Counted from the first letter of the stretch, positions 12,201-28,500 are shown. The stretch is 64,000 nt of DNA from Eledone cirrhosa (GCA_964016885.1 OZ024752.1:33852001-33916000), one strand, 5' to 3'. The notes: generated by a model not told the origin, from the letters alone. Translations and numbers: made by a program.

Positions 12201-15200
12201 ATTACTGTATGTCTAATGAAAGACACTGTCTATGTGTTTAACCCTTTCATTACTGTATGTCTAATGAAAGAAACTGTCTATGTCTTTAACCCTTTCATTA
12301 CTGTATGTCTAATGAAAGACACTGTCTATGTCTTTAACCCTTTCATTACTGTATGTCTAATGAAAGACACTGTCTATGTCTTTAACCCTTTATTTACTGT
12401 ATTTGTAATGAAAGACACTGTCTATGTGTTTAATCCTTTCATTACTGTATGTCTAATGAAAGACACTGTCTATGTGTTTAACCCTTTCATTACTGTATGT
12501 CTAATGAAAGAAACTGTCTATGTCTTTAACCCTTTCATTACTGTATGTCTAATGAAAGACACTGTCTATGTCTTTAACCCTTTCATTACTGTATGTCTAA
12601 TGAAAGACACAGTCTATGTGTTTAATCCTTTCATTACTGTATGTCTAATGAAAGACACAGTCTGTGTTTAACCCTTTCATTACTGTATGTCTAATGAAAG
12701 ACACTGTCTGTGTGTTTAACCCTTTCATTACTGTATGTCTAATGAAAGACACAGTCTATGTATTTAATCCTTTCATTACTGTATGTCTAATGAAAGACAC
12801 TGTCTATGTCTTTAATCCTTTCATTACTGTATGTCTAATAAAAGGGACTGTCTATGTGTTTAACTCTTTCATTACTGTAGGTCTAATGAAAGACACTGTC
12901 TATGTGTTTAACCCTTTCATTACTGTATGTCTAATGAAAGACACTGTCTATGTGTTTAACCCTTTCATTACTGTATTTCTAATGAAAGACACTGTCTATG
13001 TGTTTAATCCTTTCATTACTGTATGTCTAATGAAAGACACTGTCTGTGTGTTTAACCCTTTCATTACTGTATGTCTAATGAAAGACACAGTCTATGTATT
13101 TAATCCTTTCATTACTGTATGTCTAATGAAAGACACTGTCTATGTCTTTAATCCTTTCATTACTGTATGTCTAATAAAAGGGACTGTCTATGTGTTTAAC
13201 TCTTTCATTACTGTAGGTCTAATGAAAGACACTGTCTATGTGTTTAACCCTTTCATTACTGTATGTCTAATGAAAGACACTGTCTATGTGTTTAACCCTT
13301 TCATTACTGTATTTCTAATGAAAGACACTGTCTATGTGTTTAATCCTTTCATTACTGTATGTCTAATGAAAGACACTGTCTATGTGTTTAACCCTTTCAT
13401 TACTGTATATCTAATGAAAGACACTGTCTATGTGTTTAACCCTTTCATTACTGTATGTCTAATGAAAGACACTGTCTATGTGTTTAACCCTTTCATTACT
13501 GTATGTCTAATGAAAGACACTGTCTATGTGTTTTACCATTTCATTACTGTATGTCTAATGAAAGACACTGTCTATGTGTTTAACCCTTTCATTACTGTAT
13601 GTCTAATGAAAGAAACTGTCTATGTCTTTAACCCTTTCATTACTGTATGTCTAATGAAAGACACTGTCTATGTCTTTAACCCTTTCATTACTGTATGTCT
13701 AATGAAAGACACTGTCTATGTCTTTAACCCTTTATTTACTGTATTTGTAATGAAAGACACTGTCTATGTGTTTAATCCTTTCATTACTGTATGTCTAATG
13801 AAAGACACTGTCTATGTGTTTAACCCTTTCATTACTGTATGTCTAATGAAAGAAACTGTCTATGTCTTTAACCCTTTCATTACTGTATGTCTAATGAAAG
13901 ACAATGTCTATGTCTTTAACCCTTTCATTACTGTATGTCTAATGAAAGACACTGTCTATGTCTTTAACCCTTTATTTACTGTATTTGTAATGAAAGACAC
14001 TGTGTATGTGTTTAATTCTTTCATTACTGTATGTCTATTGAAAGACACTGTCTATGTTTAATACTTTCATTACTGTACGTCTAATGAAAGACACTGTTTA
14101 TGTGTTTAATCCTTTCATTACTGTATGTCTAATAAAAGGGACTGTCTATGTGTTTAACCCTTTCATTACTGTAGGTCTAATGAAAGACACTGTCTATGTG
14201 TTTAACCCTTTCATTACTGTATGTCTAATGAAAGACACTGTCTATGTGTTTAACCCTTTCATTACTGTATGTCTAATGAAAGACATTGTCTGTGTGTTTA
14301 ACCCTTTCATTACTGTATGTCTAATCAAAGACATTGTCTGTGTGTTTAACCCTTTCATTACTCTATGTCTAATGAAAGACACTGTCTGTGTGTTTAACCC
14401 TTTCATTACTGTATGTCTAATGAAAGACACAGTCTATGTGTTTAATCCTTTCATTACTGTATGTCTAATGAAAGACACAGTCTATGTGTTTAACCCTTTC
14501 ATTACTGTATGTCTAATGAAAGACACAGTCTATGTGTTTAACCCTTTCATTACTGTATGTCTAATGAAAGACACTGTCTATGTGTTTAACCCTTTCATTA
14601 CTGTATGTCTAATGAAAGACACAGTCTATGTGTTTAATCCTTTCATTACTGTATGTCTAATGAAAGACACAGTCTATGTGTTTAATCCTTTCATTACTGT
14701 ATGTCTAATGAAAGACACTGTCTATGTGTTTAACCCTTTCATTACTGTATGTCTAATGAAAGACAGTCTATGTGTTTAACCCTTTCATTACTGTATGTCT
14801 AATGAAAGACACAGTCTATGTGTTTAATCCTTTCATTACTGTATGTCTAATGAAAGACACTGTCTATGTGTTTAACCCTTTCATTACTGTATGTCTAATG
14901 AAAGACCTTTCATTACTGTATTTCTAATGAAAGACACTGTCTATGTGATTAATCCTTTCATTACTGTATGTCTAATGAAATACACTGTCTATGTGTTTAA
15001 TCCTTTCATTGCTGTATGTCTAATGAAGGACACTGTCTATGTTGAATCCTTTCATTACTGTATGTCTAATCAAAGACACTGTTTATGTGTTTAATCCTTT
15101 CATTACTGTATCTCTAATGAAAGACACTGTTTATGTGTTTAATCCTTTCATTACTGTATGTCTAATAAAAGGGACTGTCTATGTGTTTAACCCTTTCATT

Positions 15201-16354
15201 ACTGTATGTCTAATGAAAGACACTGTCTATGTGTTTAACCCTTTCATTACTGTATGTCTAATGAAAGACACTGTCTATGTATTTAATCCTTTCATTACTG
15301 TATGTCTAATGAAAGACACAGTCTATGTGTTTAATCCTTTCATTACTGTATGTCTAATGAAAGACACTGTCTATGTGTTTAACCCTTTCATTACTGTATG
15401 TCTAATGAAAGACACAGTCTATGTGTTTAATCCTTTCATTACTGTATGTCTAATGAAAGACACAGTCTATGTGTTTAATCCTTTCATTACTGTATGTCTA
15501 ATGAAAGACACTGTCTATGTGTTTATCCCTTTCATTACTGTATGTCTAATGAAATACACAGTCTATGTGTTTAACCCTTTTATTACTGTATGTCTAATGA
15601 AAGACACAGTCTATGTGTTTAATCCTTTCATTACTGTATGTCTAATGAAAGACACTGTCTATGTGTTTAACCCTTTCATTACTGTATGTCTAATGAAAGC
15701 CCTTTCATTACTGTATTTCTAATGAAAGACACTGTCTATGTGTTTAATCCTTTCATTACTGTATGTCTAATGAAAGACACTGTCTATGTGTTTAATCCTT
15801 TCATTGCTGTATGTCTAATGAAAGACACTGTCTATGTGTTTAACCCTTTCATTACTGTATGTCTATTGAAAGACACTGTCTATGTTGAATCCTTTCATTA
15901 CTGTATGTCTAATGAAAGACACTGTCTATGTGTTTTACCATTTCATTACTGTATGTCTAATGAAAGACACTGTCTATGTGTTTAACCCTTTCATTACTGT
16001 ATGTCTAATGAAAGAAACTGTCTATGTCTTTAACCCTTTCATTACTGTATGTCTAATGAAAGACACTGTCTATGTCTTTAACCCTTTCATTACTGTATGT
16101 CTAATGAAAGACACTGTCTATGTCTTTAACCCTTTATTTACTGTATTTGTAATGAAAGACACTGTCTATGTGTTTAATCCTTTCATTACTGTATGTCTAA
16201 TGAAAGACACTGTCTATGTGTTTAACCCTTTCATTACTGTATGTCTAATGAAAGAAACTGTCTATGTCTTTAACCCTTTCATTACTGTATGTCTAATGAA
16301 AGACACTGTCTATGTCTTTAACCCTTTCATTACTGTATGTCTAATGAAAGACAC
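9203..16354. repeat. Tandem block duplication, 3,408-bp period expanded to 3,744 bp by a nested 336-bp (7-monomer) duplication
   Basis: ORF-track pairs 10310/14054, 11147/14891, 11295/15039 and 11942/15686 are offset by 3,744, while 9256/12664 is offset by 3,408. Shared rare markers are GACAATG (ACAA at 10157/13901), GTACGTC (10331/14075) and TTTATCCC (11778/15522). Confidence 0.9.
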
Positions 16355-19300
16355 TGTCTATGTCTTTAACCCTTTATTTACTGTATTTGTAATGAAAGAC
16401 ACTGTCTATGTGTTTAATTCTTTCATTACTGTATGTCTATTGAAAGACACTGTCTATGTTTAATACTTTCATTACTGTATGTCTAATGAAAGACACTGTT
16501 TATGTGTTTAATCCTTTCATTACTGTATGTCTAATGAAAGACACTGTTTATGTGTTTAATCCTTTCATTACTGTATGTCTAATAAAAGGGACTGTCTATG
16601 TGTTTAACCCTTTCATTACTGTAGGTCTAATGAAAGACACTGTCTATGTGTTTAACCCTTTCATTACTGTATGTCTAATGAAAGACACTGTCTATGTATT
16701 TAATACTTTCATTACTGTATGTCTAATGAAAGACACTGTCTATGTGTTTAACCCTTTCATTACTGTATGTCTAATGAAAGACACTGTGTATGTCTTTAAC
16801 CCTTTCATTACTGTATGTCTAATGAAAGACACTGTGTTTAACCCTTTCATTACTGTATGTCTAATGAAAGACACTGTCTGTGTTTAACCCTTTCATTACT
16901 GTATGTCTAATGAAAGACACTGTCTATGTGTTTAATCCTTTCATTACTGTATGTCTAATGAAAGACACTGTCTATGTCTTTAACCCTTTCATTACTGTAT
17001 GTCTAATGAAAGACACTGTTTGTGTTTAACCCTTTCATTACTGTATATCTAATGAAAGACACTGTCTATGTGTTTAACCCTTTCATTACTGTATTTCTAA
17101 TGAAAGACACTGTCTATGTGTTTAACCCTTTTATTACTGTATATCTAATGAAAGACACTGTCTATGTGTTTAACCCTTTAATTACTGTATGTCTAATGAA
17201 AGACACTGTCTATGTGTTTAACCCTTTCATTACTGTATGTCTAATGAAAGACACTGTCTATGTGTTTTACCATTTCATTACTGTATGTCTAATGAAAGAC
17301 ACTGTCTATGTGTTTAACCCTTTCATTACTGTATGTCTAATGAAAGAAACTGTCTATGTCTTTAACCCTTTCATTACTGTATGTCTAATGAAAGACACTG
17401 TCTATGTCTTTAACCCTTTCATTACTGTATGTCTAATGAAAGACACCGTCTATGTCTTTAACCCTTTATTTACTGTATTTGTAATGAAAGACACTGTCTA
17501 TGTGTTTAATCCTTTCATTACTGTATGTCTAATGAAAGACACTGTCTATGTGTTTAACCCTTTCATTACTGTATGTCTAATGAAAGAAACTGTCTATGTC
17601 TTTAACCCTTTCATTACTGTATGTCTAATGAAAGACACTGTCTATGTCTTTAACCCTTTCATTACTGTATGTCTAATGAAAGACACTGTCTATGTCTTTA
17701 ACCCTTTATTTACTGTATTTGTAATGAAAGACACTGTCTATGTGTTTAATCCTTTCATTACTGTATGTCTATTGAAAGACACTGTCTATTTTTAATACTT
17801 TCATTACTGTATGTCTAATGAAAGACACTGTTTATGTGTTTAATCCTTTCATTACTGTATGTCTAATGAAAGACACTGTTTATGTGTTTAATCCTTTCAT
17901 TACTGTATGTCTAATAAAAGGGACTGTCTATGTGTTTAACCCTTTCATTACTGTAGGTCTAATGAAAGACACTGTCTATGTGTTTAACCCTTTCATTACT
18001 GTATGTCTAATGAAAGACACTGTCTATGTATTTAATCCTTTCATTACTGTATGTCTAGTGAAAGACACTGTCTATGTCTTTAACCCTTTCATTACTGTAT
18101 GTCTAATGAAAGACACTGTCTATGTGTTTAACCCTTTCATTACTGTATGTCTAATCAAAGACATTGTCTGTGTGTTTAACCCTTTCATTACTCTATGTCT
18201 AATGAAAGACACTGTCTGTGTGTTTAACCCTTTCATTACTGTATGTCTAATGAAAGACACAGTCTATGTGTTTAATCCTTTCATTACTGTATGTCTAATG
18301 AAAGACACAGTCTATATGTTTAACCCTTTCATTACTGTATGTCTAATGAAAGACACAGTCTATGTGTTTAACCCTTTCATTACTGTATGTCTAATGAAAG
18401 ACACTGTCTATGTGTTTAACCCTTTCATTACTGTATGTCTAATGAAAGACACGGTCTATGTGTTTAATCCTTTCATTACTGTATGTCTAATGAAAGACAC
18501 AGTCTATGTGTTTAACCCTTTCATTACTGTATGTCTAATGAAAGACACTGTCTATGTGTTTAACCCTTTCATTACTGTATGTCTAATGAAAGACACTGTC
18601 TATGTATTTAATCCTTTCATTACTGTATGTCTAATGAAAGACACTGTCTATGTCTTTAACCCTTTCATTACTGTATGTCTAATGAAAGACACTGTCTGTG
18701 TTTAACCCTTTCATTACTGTATGTCTAATGAAAGACACAGTCTATGTGTTTAATCCTTTCATTACTGTATGTCTAATGAAAGACACTGTCTATGTGTTTA
18801 ACCCTTTCATTACTGTATGTCTAATGAAAGACACTGTCTATGTGTTTAACCCTTTCATTACTGTATGTCTAATGAAAGACACTGTCTATGTATTTAATAC
18901 TTACATTACTGTATGTCTAATGAAAGACACTGTCTATGTGTTTAACCCTTTCATTACTGTATGTCTAATGAAAGACACTGTGTATGTCTTTAACCCTTTC
19001 ATTACTGTATGTCTAATGAAAGACACTGTGTTTAACCCTTTCATTACTGTATGTCTAATGAAAGACACTGTCTGTGTTTAACCCTTTCATTACTGTATGT
19101 CTAATGAAAGACACTGTCTATGTGTTTAATCCTTTCATTACTGTATGTCTAATGAAAGACACTGTCTATGTCTTTAACCCTTTCATTACTGTATGTCTAA
19201 TGAAAGACACTGTCTGTGTTTCACCCTTTCATTACTGTATGTCTAATGAAAGACACTGTCTATGTGTTTAACCCTTTCATTACTGTATTTCTAATGAAAG

Positions 19301-22300
19301 ACACTGTCTATGTGTTTAATCCTTTCATTACTGTATGTCTAATGAAAGACACTGTCTATGTGTTTAACCCTTTCATTACTGTATATCTAATGAAAGACAC
19401 TGTCTATGTCTTTAACCCTTTCATTACTGTATGTCTAATGAAAGACACTGTCTATGTCTTTAACCCTTTCATTACTGTATGTCTAATGAAAGACACTGTC
19501 TATGTCTTTAACCCTTTATTTACTGTATTTGTAATGAAAGACACTGTCTATGTGTTTAATTCTTTCATTACTGTATGTCTATTGAAAGACACTGTCTATG
19601 TTTAATACTTTCATTACTGTATGTCTAATGAAAGACACTGTTTATGTGTTTAATCCTTTCATTACTGTATGTCTAATGAAAGACACTGTTTATGTGTTTA
19701 ATCCTTTCATTACTGTATGTCTAATAAAAGGGACTGTCTATGTGTTTAACCCTTTCATTACTGTAGGTCTAATGAAAAACACTGTCTATGTGTTTAACCC
19801 TTTCATTACTGTATGTCTAATGAAAGACACTGTCTATGTATTTAATACTTTCATTACTGTATGTCTAATGAAAGACACTGTCTATGTGTTTAACCCTTTC
19901 ATTACTGTATGTCTAATGAAAGACACTGTGTATGTCTTTAACCCTTTCATTACTGTATGTCTAATGAAAGACACTGTGTTTAACCCTTTCATTACTGTAT
20001 GTCTAATGAAAGACACTGTCTGTGTTTAACCCTTTCATTACTGTATGTCTAATGAAAGACACTGTCTATGTGTTTAATCCTTTCATTACTGTATGTCTAA
20101 TGAAAGACACTGTCTATGTCTTTAACCCTTTCATTACTGTATGTCTAATGAAAGACACTGTTTGTGTTTAACCCTTTCATTACTGTATATCTAATGAAAG
20201 ACACTGTCTATGTGTTTAACCCTTTCATTACTGTATTTCTAATGAAAGACACTGTCTATGTGTTTAACCCTTTTATTACTGTATATCTAATGAAAGACAC
20301 TGTCTATGTGTTTAACCCTTTAATTACTGTATGTCTAATGAAAGACACTGTCTATGTGTTTAACCCTTTCATTACTGTATGTCTAATGAAAGACACTGTC
20401 TATGTGTTTTACCATTTCATTACTGTATGTCTAATGAAAGACACTGTCTATGTGTTTAACCCTTTCATTACTGTATGTCTAATGAAAGAAACTGTCTATG
20501 TCTTTAACCCTTTCATTACTGTATGTCTAATGAAAGACACTGTCTATGTCTTTAACCCTTTCATTACTGTATGTCTAATGAAAGACACCGTCTATGTCTT
20601 TAACCCTTTATTTACTGTATTTGTAATGAAAGACACTGTCTATGTGTTTAATCCTTTCATTACTGTATGTCTAATGAAAGACACTGTCTATGTGTTTAAC
20701 CCTTTCATTACTGTATGTCTAATGAAAGAAACTGTCTATGTCTTTAACCCTTTCATTACTGTATGTCTAATGAAAGACACTGTCTATGTCTTTAACCCTT
20801 TCATTACTGTATGTCTAATGAAAGACACTGTCTATGTCTTTAACCCTTTATTTACTGTATTTGTAATGAAAGACACTGTCTATGTGTTTAATCCTTTCAT
20901 TACTGTATGTCTATTGAAAGACACTGTCTATTTTTAATACTTTCATTACTGTATGTCTAATGAAAGACACTGTTTATGTGTTTAATCCTTTCATTACTGT
21001 ATGTCTAATGAAAGACACTGTTTATGTGTTTAATCCTTTCATTACTGTATGTCTAATAAAAGGGACTGTCTATGTGTTTAACCCTTTCATTACTGTAGGT
21101 CTAATGAAAGACACTGTCTATGTGTTTAACCCTTTCATTACTGTATGTCTAATGAAAGACACTGTCTATGTATTTAATCCTTTCATTACTGTATGTCTAG
21201 TGAAAGACACTGTCTATGTCTTTAACCCTTTCATTACTGTATGTCTAATGAAAGACACTGTCTATGTGTTTAACCCTTTCATTACTGTATGTCTAATCAA
21301 AGACATTGTCTGTGTGTTTAACCCTTTCATTACTCTATGTCTAATGAAAGACACTGTCTGTGTGTTTAACCCTTTCATTACTGTATGTCTAATGAAAGAC
21401 ACAGTCTATGTGTTTAATCCTTTCATTACTGTATGTCTAATGAAAGACACAGTCTATATGTTTAACCCTTTCATTACTGTATGTCTAATGAAAGACACAG
21501 TCTATGTGTTTAACCCTTTCATTACTGTATGTCTAATGAAAGACACTGTCTATGTGTTTAACCCTTTCATTACTGTATGTCTAATGAAAGACACGGTCTA
21601 TGTGTTTAATCCTTTCATTACTGTATGTCTAATGAAAGACACAGTCTATGTGTTTAACCCTTTCATTACTGTATGTCTAATGAAAGACACTGTCTATGTG
21701 TTTAACCCTTTCATTACTGTATGTCTAATGAAAGACACTGTCTATGTATTTAATCCTTTCATTACTGTATGTCTAATGAAAGACACTGTCTATGTCTTTA
21801 ACCCTTTCATTACTGTATGTCTAATGAAAGACACTGTCTGTGTTTAACCCTTTCATTACTGTATGTCTAATGAAAGACACAGTCTATGTGTTTAATCCTT
21901 TCATTACTGTATGTCTAATGAAAGACACTGTCTATGTGTTTAACCCTTTCATTACTGTATGTCTAATGAAAGACACTGTCTATGTGTTTAACCCTTTCAT
22001 TACTGTATGTCTAATGAAAGACACTGTCTATGTATTTAATACTTACATTACTGTATGTCTAATGAAAGACACTGTCTATGTGTTTAACCCTTTCATTACT
22101 GTATGTCTAATGAAAGACACTGTGTATGTCTTTAACCCTTTCATTACTGTATGTCTAATGAAAGACACTGTGTTTAACCCTTTCATTACTGTATGTCTAA
22201 TGAAAGACACTGTCTGTGTTTAACCCTTTCATTACTGTATGTCTAATGAAAGACACTGTCTATGTGTTTAATCCTTTCATTACTGTATGTCTAATGAAAG

Positions 22301-22551
22301 ACACTGTCTATGTCTTTAACCCTTTCATTACTGTATGTCTAATGAAAGACACTGTCTGTGTTTCACCCTTTCATTACTGTATGTCTAATGAAAGACACTG
22401 TCTATGTGTTTAACCCTTTCATTACTGTATTTCTAATGAAAGACACTGTCTATGTGTTTAATCCTTTCATTACTGTATGTCTAATGAAAGACACTGTCTA
22501 TGTGTTTAACCCTTTCATTACTGTATATCTAATGAAAGACACTGTCTATGT
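16257..22551. repeat. Tandem block duplication, 3,142-bp period (junction about 19,399-19,409)
   Basis: ORF-track pairs 16456/19598, 17022/20164, 17818/20960, 18698/21840 and 19216/22358 are all offset by 3,142. Shared markers include CTAGTG, ACACCGTC and ACACGGTC. Confidence 0.92.
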
Positions 22552-25500
22552 GTTTACCCCTTTCATTACTGTATGTCTAATGAAAGACACTGTCTATGTG
22601 TTTAACCCTTTCATTATGGTATGTCTAATGAAAGACACTGTCTATGTGTTTTACCATTTCATTACTGTATGTCTAATGAAAGACACTGTCTATGTGTTTA
22701 ACCCTTTCATTACTGTATGTCTAATGAAAGAAACTGTCTATGTCTTTAACCCTTTCATTACTGTATGTCTAATGAAAGACACTGTCTATGTCTTTAACCC
22801 TTTCATTACTGTATGTCTAATGAAAGACACTGTCTATGTCTTTAACCCTTTATTTACTGTATTTGTAATGAAAGACACTGTCTATGTGTTTAATCCTTTC
22901 ATTACTGTATGTCTAATGAAAGACACTGTCTATGTGTTTAACCCTTTCATTACTGTATGTCTAATGAAAGAAACTGTCTATGTCTTTAACCCTTTCATTA
23001 CTGTATGTCTAATGAAAGACACTGTCTATGTCTTTAACCCTTTCATTACTGTATGTCTAATGAAAGACACTGTCTATGTCTTTAACCCTTTATTTACTGT
23101 ATTTGTAATGAAAGACACTGTCTATGTGTTTAATTCTTTCATTACTGTATGTCTATTGAAAGACACTGTCTATGTTTAATACTTTCATTACTGTATGTCT
23201 AATGAAAGACACTGTTTATGTGTTTAATCCTTTCATTACTGTATGTCTAATAAAAGGGACTGTCTATGTGTTTAACCCTTTCATTACTGTAGGTCTAATG
23301 AAAGACACTGTCTATGTGTTTAACCCTTTCATTACTGTATGTCTAATGAAAGACACTGTCTATGTGTTTAACCCTTTCATTACTGTAGGTCTAATGAAAG
23401 ACACTGTCTATGTGATTAACCCTTTCATTACTGTATGTCTAATGAAAGACACTGTCTATGTGTTTAACCCTTTCATTACTGTATGTCTAATGAAAGACAT
23501 TGTCTGTGTGTTTAACCCTTTCATTACTGTATGTCTAATCAAAGACATTGTCTGTGTGTTTAACCCTTTCATTACTCTATGTCTAATGAAAGACACTGTC
23601 TGTGTGTTTAACCCTTTCATTACTGTATGTCTATTGAAAGACACTGTCTATGTTTAATACTTTCATTACTGTATGTCTAATGAAAGACACTGTTTATGTG
23701 TTTAATCCTTTCATTACTGTATGTCTAATGAAAGACACTGTTTATGTGTTTAATCCTTTCATTACTGTATGTCTAATAAAAGGGACTGTCTATGTGTTTA
23801 ACCCTTTCATTACTGTAGGTCTAATGAAAAACACTGTCTATGTGTTTAACCCTTTCATTACTGTATGTCTAATGAAAGACACTGTCTATGTATTTAATAC
23901 TTTCATTACTGTATGTCTAATGAAAGACACTGTCTATGTGTTTAACCCTTTCATTACTGTATGTCTAATGAAAGACACTGTGTATGTCTTTAACCCTTTC
24001 ATTACTGTATGTCTAATGAAAGACACTGTGTTTAACCCTTTCATTACTGTATGTCTAATGAAAGACACTGTCTGTGTTTAACCCTTTCATTACTGTATGT
24101 CTAATGAAAGACACTGTCTATGTGTTTAATCCTTTCATTACTGTATGTCTAATGAAAGACACTGTCTATGTCTTTAACCCTTTCATTACTGTATGTCTAA
24201 TGAAAGACACTGTTTGTGTTTAACCCTTTCATTACTGTATATCTAATGAAAGACACTGTCTATGTGTTTAACCCTTTCATTACTGTATTTCTAATGAAAG
24301 ACACTGTCTATGTGTTTAACCCTTTTATTACTGTATATCTAATGAAAGACACTGTCTATGTGTTTAACCCTTTAATTACTGTATGTCTAATGAAAGACAC
24401 TGTCTATGTGTTTAACCCTTTCATTACTGTATGTCTAATGAAAGACACTGTCTATGTGTTTTACCATTTCATTACTGTATGTCTAATGAAAGACACTGTC
24501 TATGTGTTTAACCCTTTCATTACTGTATGTCTAATGAAAGAAACTGTCTATGTCTTTAACCCTTTCATTACTGTATGTCTAATGAAAGACACTGTCTATG
24601 TCTTTAACCCTTTCATTACTGTATGTCTAATGAAAGACACCGTCTATGTCTTTAACCCTTTATTTACTGTATTTGTAATGAAAGACACTGTCTATGTGTT
24701 TAATCCTTTCATTACTGTATGTCTAATGAAAGACACTGTCTATGTGTTTAACCCTTTCATTACTGTATGTCTAATGAAAGAAACTGTCTATGTCTTTAAC
24801 CCTTTCATTACTGTATGTCTAATGAAAGACACTGTCTATGTCTTTAACCCTTTCATTACTGTATGTCTAATGAAAGACACTGTCTATGTCTTTAACCCTT
24901 TATTTACTGTATTTGTAATGAAAGACACTGTCTATTTGTTTAATCCTTTCATTACTGTATGTCTATTGAAAGACACTGTCTATTTTTAATACTTTCATTA
25001 CTGTATGTCTAATGAAAGACACTGTTTATGTGTTTAATCCTTTCATTACTGTATGTCTAGTGAAAGACACTGTCTATGTCTTTAACCCTTTCATTACTGT
25101 ATGTCTAATGAAAGACACTGTCTATGTGTTTAACCCTTTCATTACTGTATGTCTAATCAAAGACATTGTCTGTGTGTTTAACCCTTTCATTACTCTATGT
25201 CTAATGAAAGACACTGTCTGTGTGTTTAACCCTTTCATTACTGTATGTCTAATGAAAGACACAGTCTATGTGTTTAATCCTTTCATTACTGTATGTCTAA
25301 TGAAAGACACAGTCTATATGTTTAACCCTTTCATTACTGTATGTCTAATGAAAGACACAGTCTATGTGTTTAACCCTTTCATTACTGTATGTCTAATGAA
25401 AGACACTGTCTATGTGTTTAACCCTTTCATTACTGTATGTCTAATGAAAGACACGGTCTATGTGTTTAATCCTTTCATTACTGTATGTCTAATGAAAGAC

Positions 25501-28500
25501 ACAGTCTATGTGTTTAACCCTTTCATTACTGTATGTCTAATGAAAGACACTGTCTATGTGTTTAACCCTTTCATTACTGTATGTCTAATGAAAGACACTG
25601 TCTATGTATTTAATCCTTTCATTACTGTATGTCTAATGAAAGACACTGTCTATGTCTTTAACCCTTTCATTACTGTATGTCTAATGAAAGACACTGTCTG
25701 TGTTTAACCCTTTCATTACTGTATGTCTAATGAAAGACACAGTCTATGTGTTTAATCCTTTCATTACTGTATGTCTAATGAAAGACACTGTCTATGTGTT
25801 TAACCCTTTCATTACTGTATGTCTAATGAAAGACACTGTCTATGTGTTTAACCCTTTCATTACTGTATGTCTAATGAAAGACACTGTCTATGTATTTAAT
25901 ACTTACATTACTGTATGTCTAATGAAAGACACTGTCTATGTGTTTAACCCTTTCATTACTGTATGTCTAATGAAAGACACTGTGTATGTCTTTAACCCTT
26001 TCATTACTGTATGTCTAATGAAAGACACTGTGTTTAACCCTTTCATTACTGTATGTCTAATGAAAGACACTGTCTGTGTTTAACCCTTTCATTACTGTAT
26101 GTCTAATGAAAGACACTGTCTATGTGTTTAATCCTTTCATTACTGTATGTCTAATGAAAGACACTGTCTATGTCTTTAACCCTTTCATTACTGTATGTCT
26201 AATGAAAGACACTGTCTGTGTTTCACCCTTTCATTACTGTATGTCTAATGAAAGACACTGTCTATGTGTTTAACCCTTTCATTACTGTATTTCTAATGAA
26301 AGACACTGTCTATGTGTTTAATCCTTTCATTACTGTATGTCTAATGAAAGACACTGTCTATGTGTTTAACCCTTTCATTACTGTATATCTAATGAAAGAC
26401 ACTGTCTATGTGTTTACCCCTTTCATTACTGTATGTCTAATGAAAGACACTGTCTATGTGTTTAACCCTTTCATTACTGTATGTCTAATGAAAGACACTG
26501 TCTATGTGTTTTACCATTTCATTACTGTATGTCTAATGAAAGACACTGTCTATGTGTTTAACCCTTTCATTACTGTATGTCTAATGAAAGAAACTGTCTA
26601 TGTCTTTAACCCTTTCATTACTGTATGTCTAATGAAAGACACTGTCTATGTCTTTAACCCTTTCATTACTGTATGTCTAATGAAAGACACTGTCTATGTC
26701 TTTAACCCTTTATTTACTGTATTTGTAATGAAAGACACTGTCTATGTGTTTAATCCTTTCATTACTGTATGTCTAATGAAAGACACTGTCTATGTGTTTA
26801 ACCCTTTCATTACTGTATGTCTAATGAAAGAAACTGTCTATGTCTTTAACCCTTTCATTACTGTATGTCTAATGAAAGACACTGTCTATGTCTTTAACCC
26901 TTTCATTACTGTATGTCTAATGAAAGACACTGTCTATGTCTTTAACCCTTTATTTACTGTATTTGTAATGAAAGACACTGTCTATGTGTTTAATTCTTTC
27001 ATTACTGTATGTCTATTGAAAGACACTGTCTATGTTTAATACTTTCATTACTGTATGTCTAATGAAAGACACTGTTTATGTGTTTAATCCTTTCATTACT
27101 GTATGTCTAATAAAAGGGACTGTCTATGTGTTTAACCCTTTCATTACTGTATGTCTAATGAAAGACACTGTCTATGTGTTTAACCCTTTCATTACTGTAT
27201 GTCTAATGAAAGACACTGTCTATGTGTTTAACCCTTTCATTACTGTATGTCTAATGAAAGACACGGTCTATGTGTTTAATCCTTTCATTACTGTATGTCT
27301 AATGAAAGACACAGTCTATGTGTTTAACCCTTTCATTACTGTATGTCTAATGAAAGACACTGTCTATGTGTTTAACCCTTTCATTACTGTATGTCTAATG
27401 AAAGACACTGTCTATGTATTTAATCCTTTCATTACTGTATGTCTAATGAAAGACACTGTCTATGTCTTTAACCCTTTCATTACTGTATGTCTAATGAAAG
27501 ACACTGTCTGTGTTTAACCCTTTCATTACTGTATGTCTAATGAAAGACACAGTCTATGTGTTTAATCCTTTCATTACTGTATGTCTAATGAAAGACACTG
27601 TCTATGTGTTTAACCCTTTCATTACTGTATGTCTAATGAAAGACACTGTCTATGTGTTTAACCCTTTCATTACTGTATGTCTAATGAAAGACACTGTCTA
27701 TGTATTTAATACTTACATTACTGTATGTCTAATGAAAGACACTGTCTATGTGTTTAACCCTTTCATTACTGTATGTCTAATGAAAGACACTGTGTATGTC
27801 TTTAACCCTTTCATTACTGTATGTCTAATGAAAGACACTGTGTTTAACCCTTTCATTACTGTATGTCTAATGAAAGACACTGTCTGTGTTTAACCCTTTC
27901 ATTACTGTATGTCTAATGAAAGACACTGTCTATGTGTTTAATCCTTTCATTACTGTATGTCTAATGAAAGACACTGTCTATGTCTTTAACCCTTTCATTA
28001 CTGTATGTCTAATGAAAGACACTGTCTGTGTTTCACCCTTTCATTACTGTATGTCTAATGAAAGACACTGTCTATGTGTTTAACCCTTTCATTACTGTAT
28101 TTCTAATGAAAGACACTGTCTATGTGTTTAATCCTTTCATTACTGTATGTCTAATGAAAGACACTGTCTATGTGTTTAACCCTTTCATTACTGTATATCT
28201 AATGAAAGACACTGTCTATGTCTTTAACCCTTTCATTACTGTATGTCTAATGAAAGACACTGTCTATGTCTTTAACCCTTTCATTACTGTATGTCTAATG
28301 AAAGACACTGTCTATGTCTTTAACCCTTTATTTACTGTATTTGTAATGAAAGACACTGTCTATGTGTTTAATTCTTTCATTACTGTATGTCTATTGAAAG
28401 ACACTGTCTATGTTTAATACTTTCATTACTGTATGTCTAATGAAAGACACTGTTTATGTGTTTAATCCTTTCATTACTGTATGTCTAATGAAAGACACTG

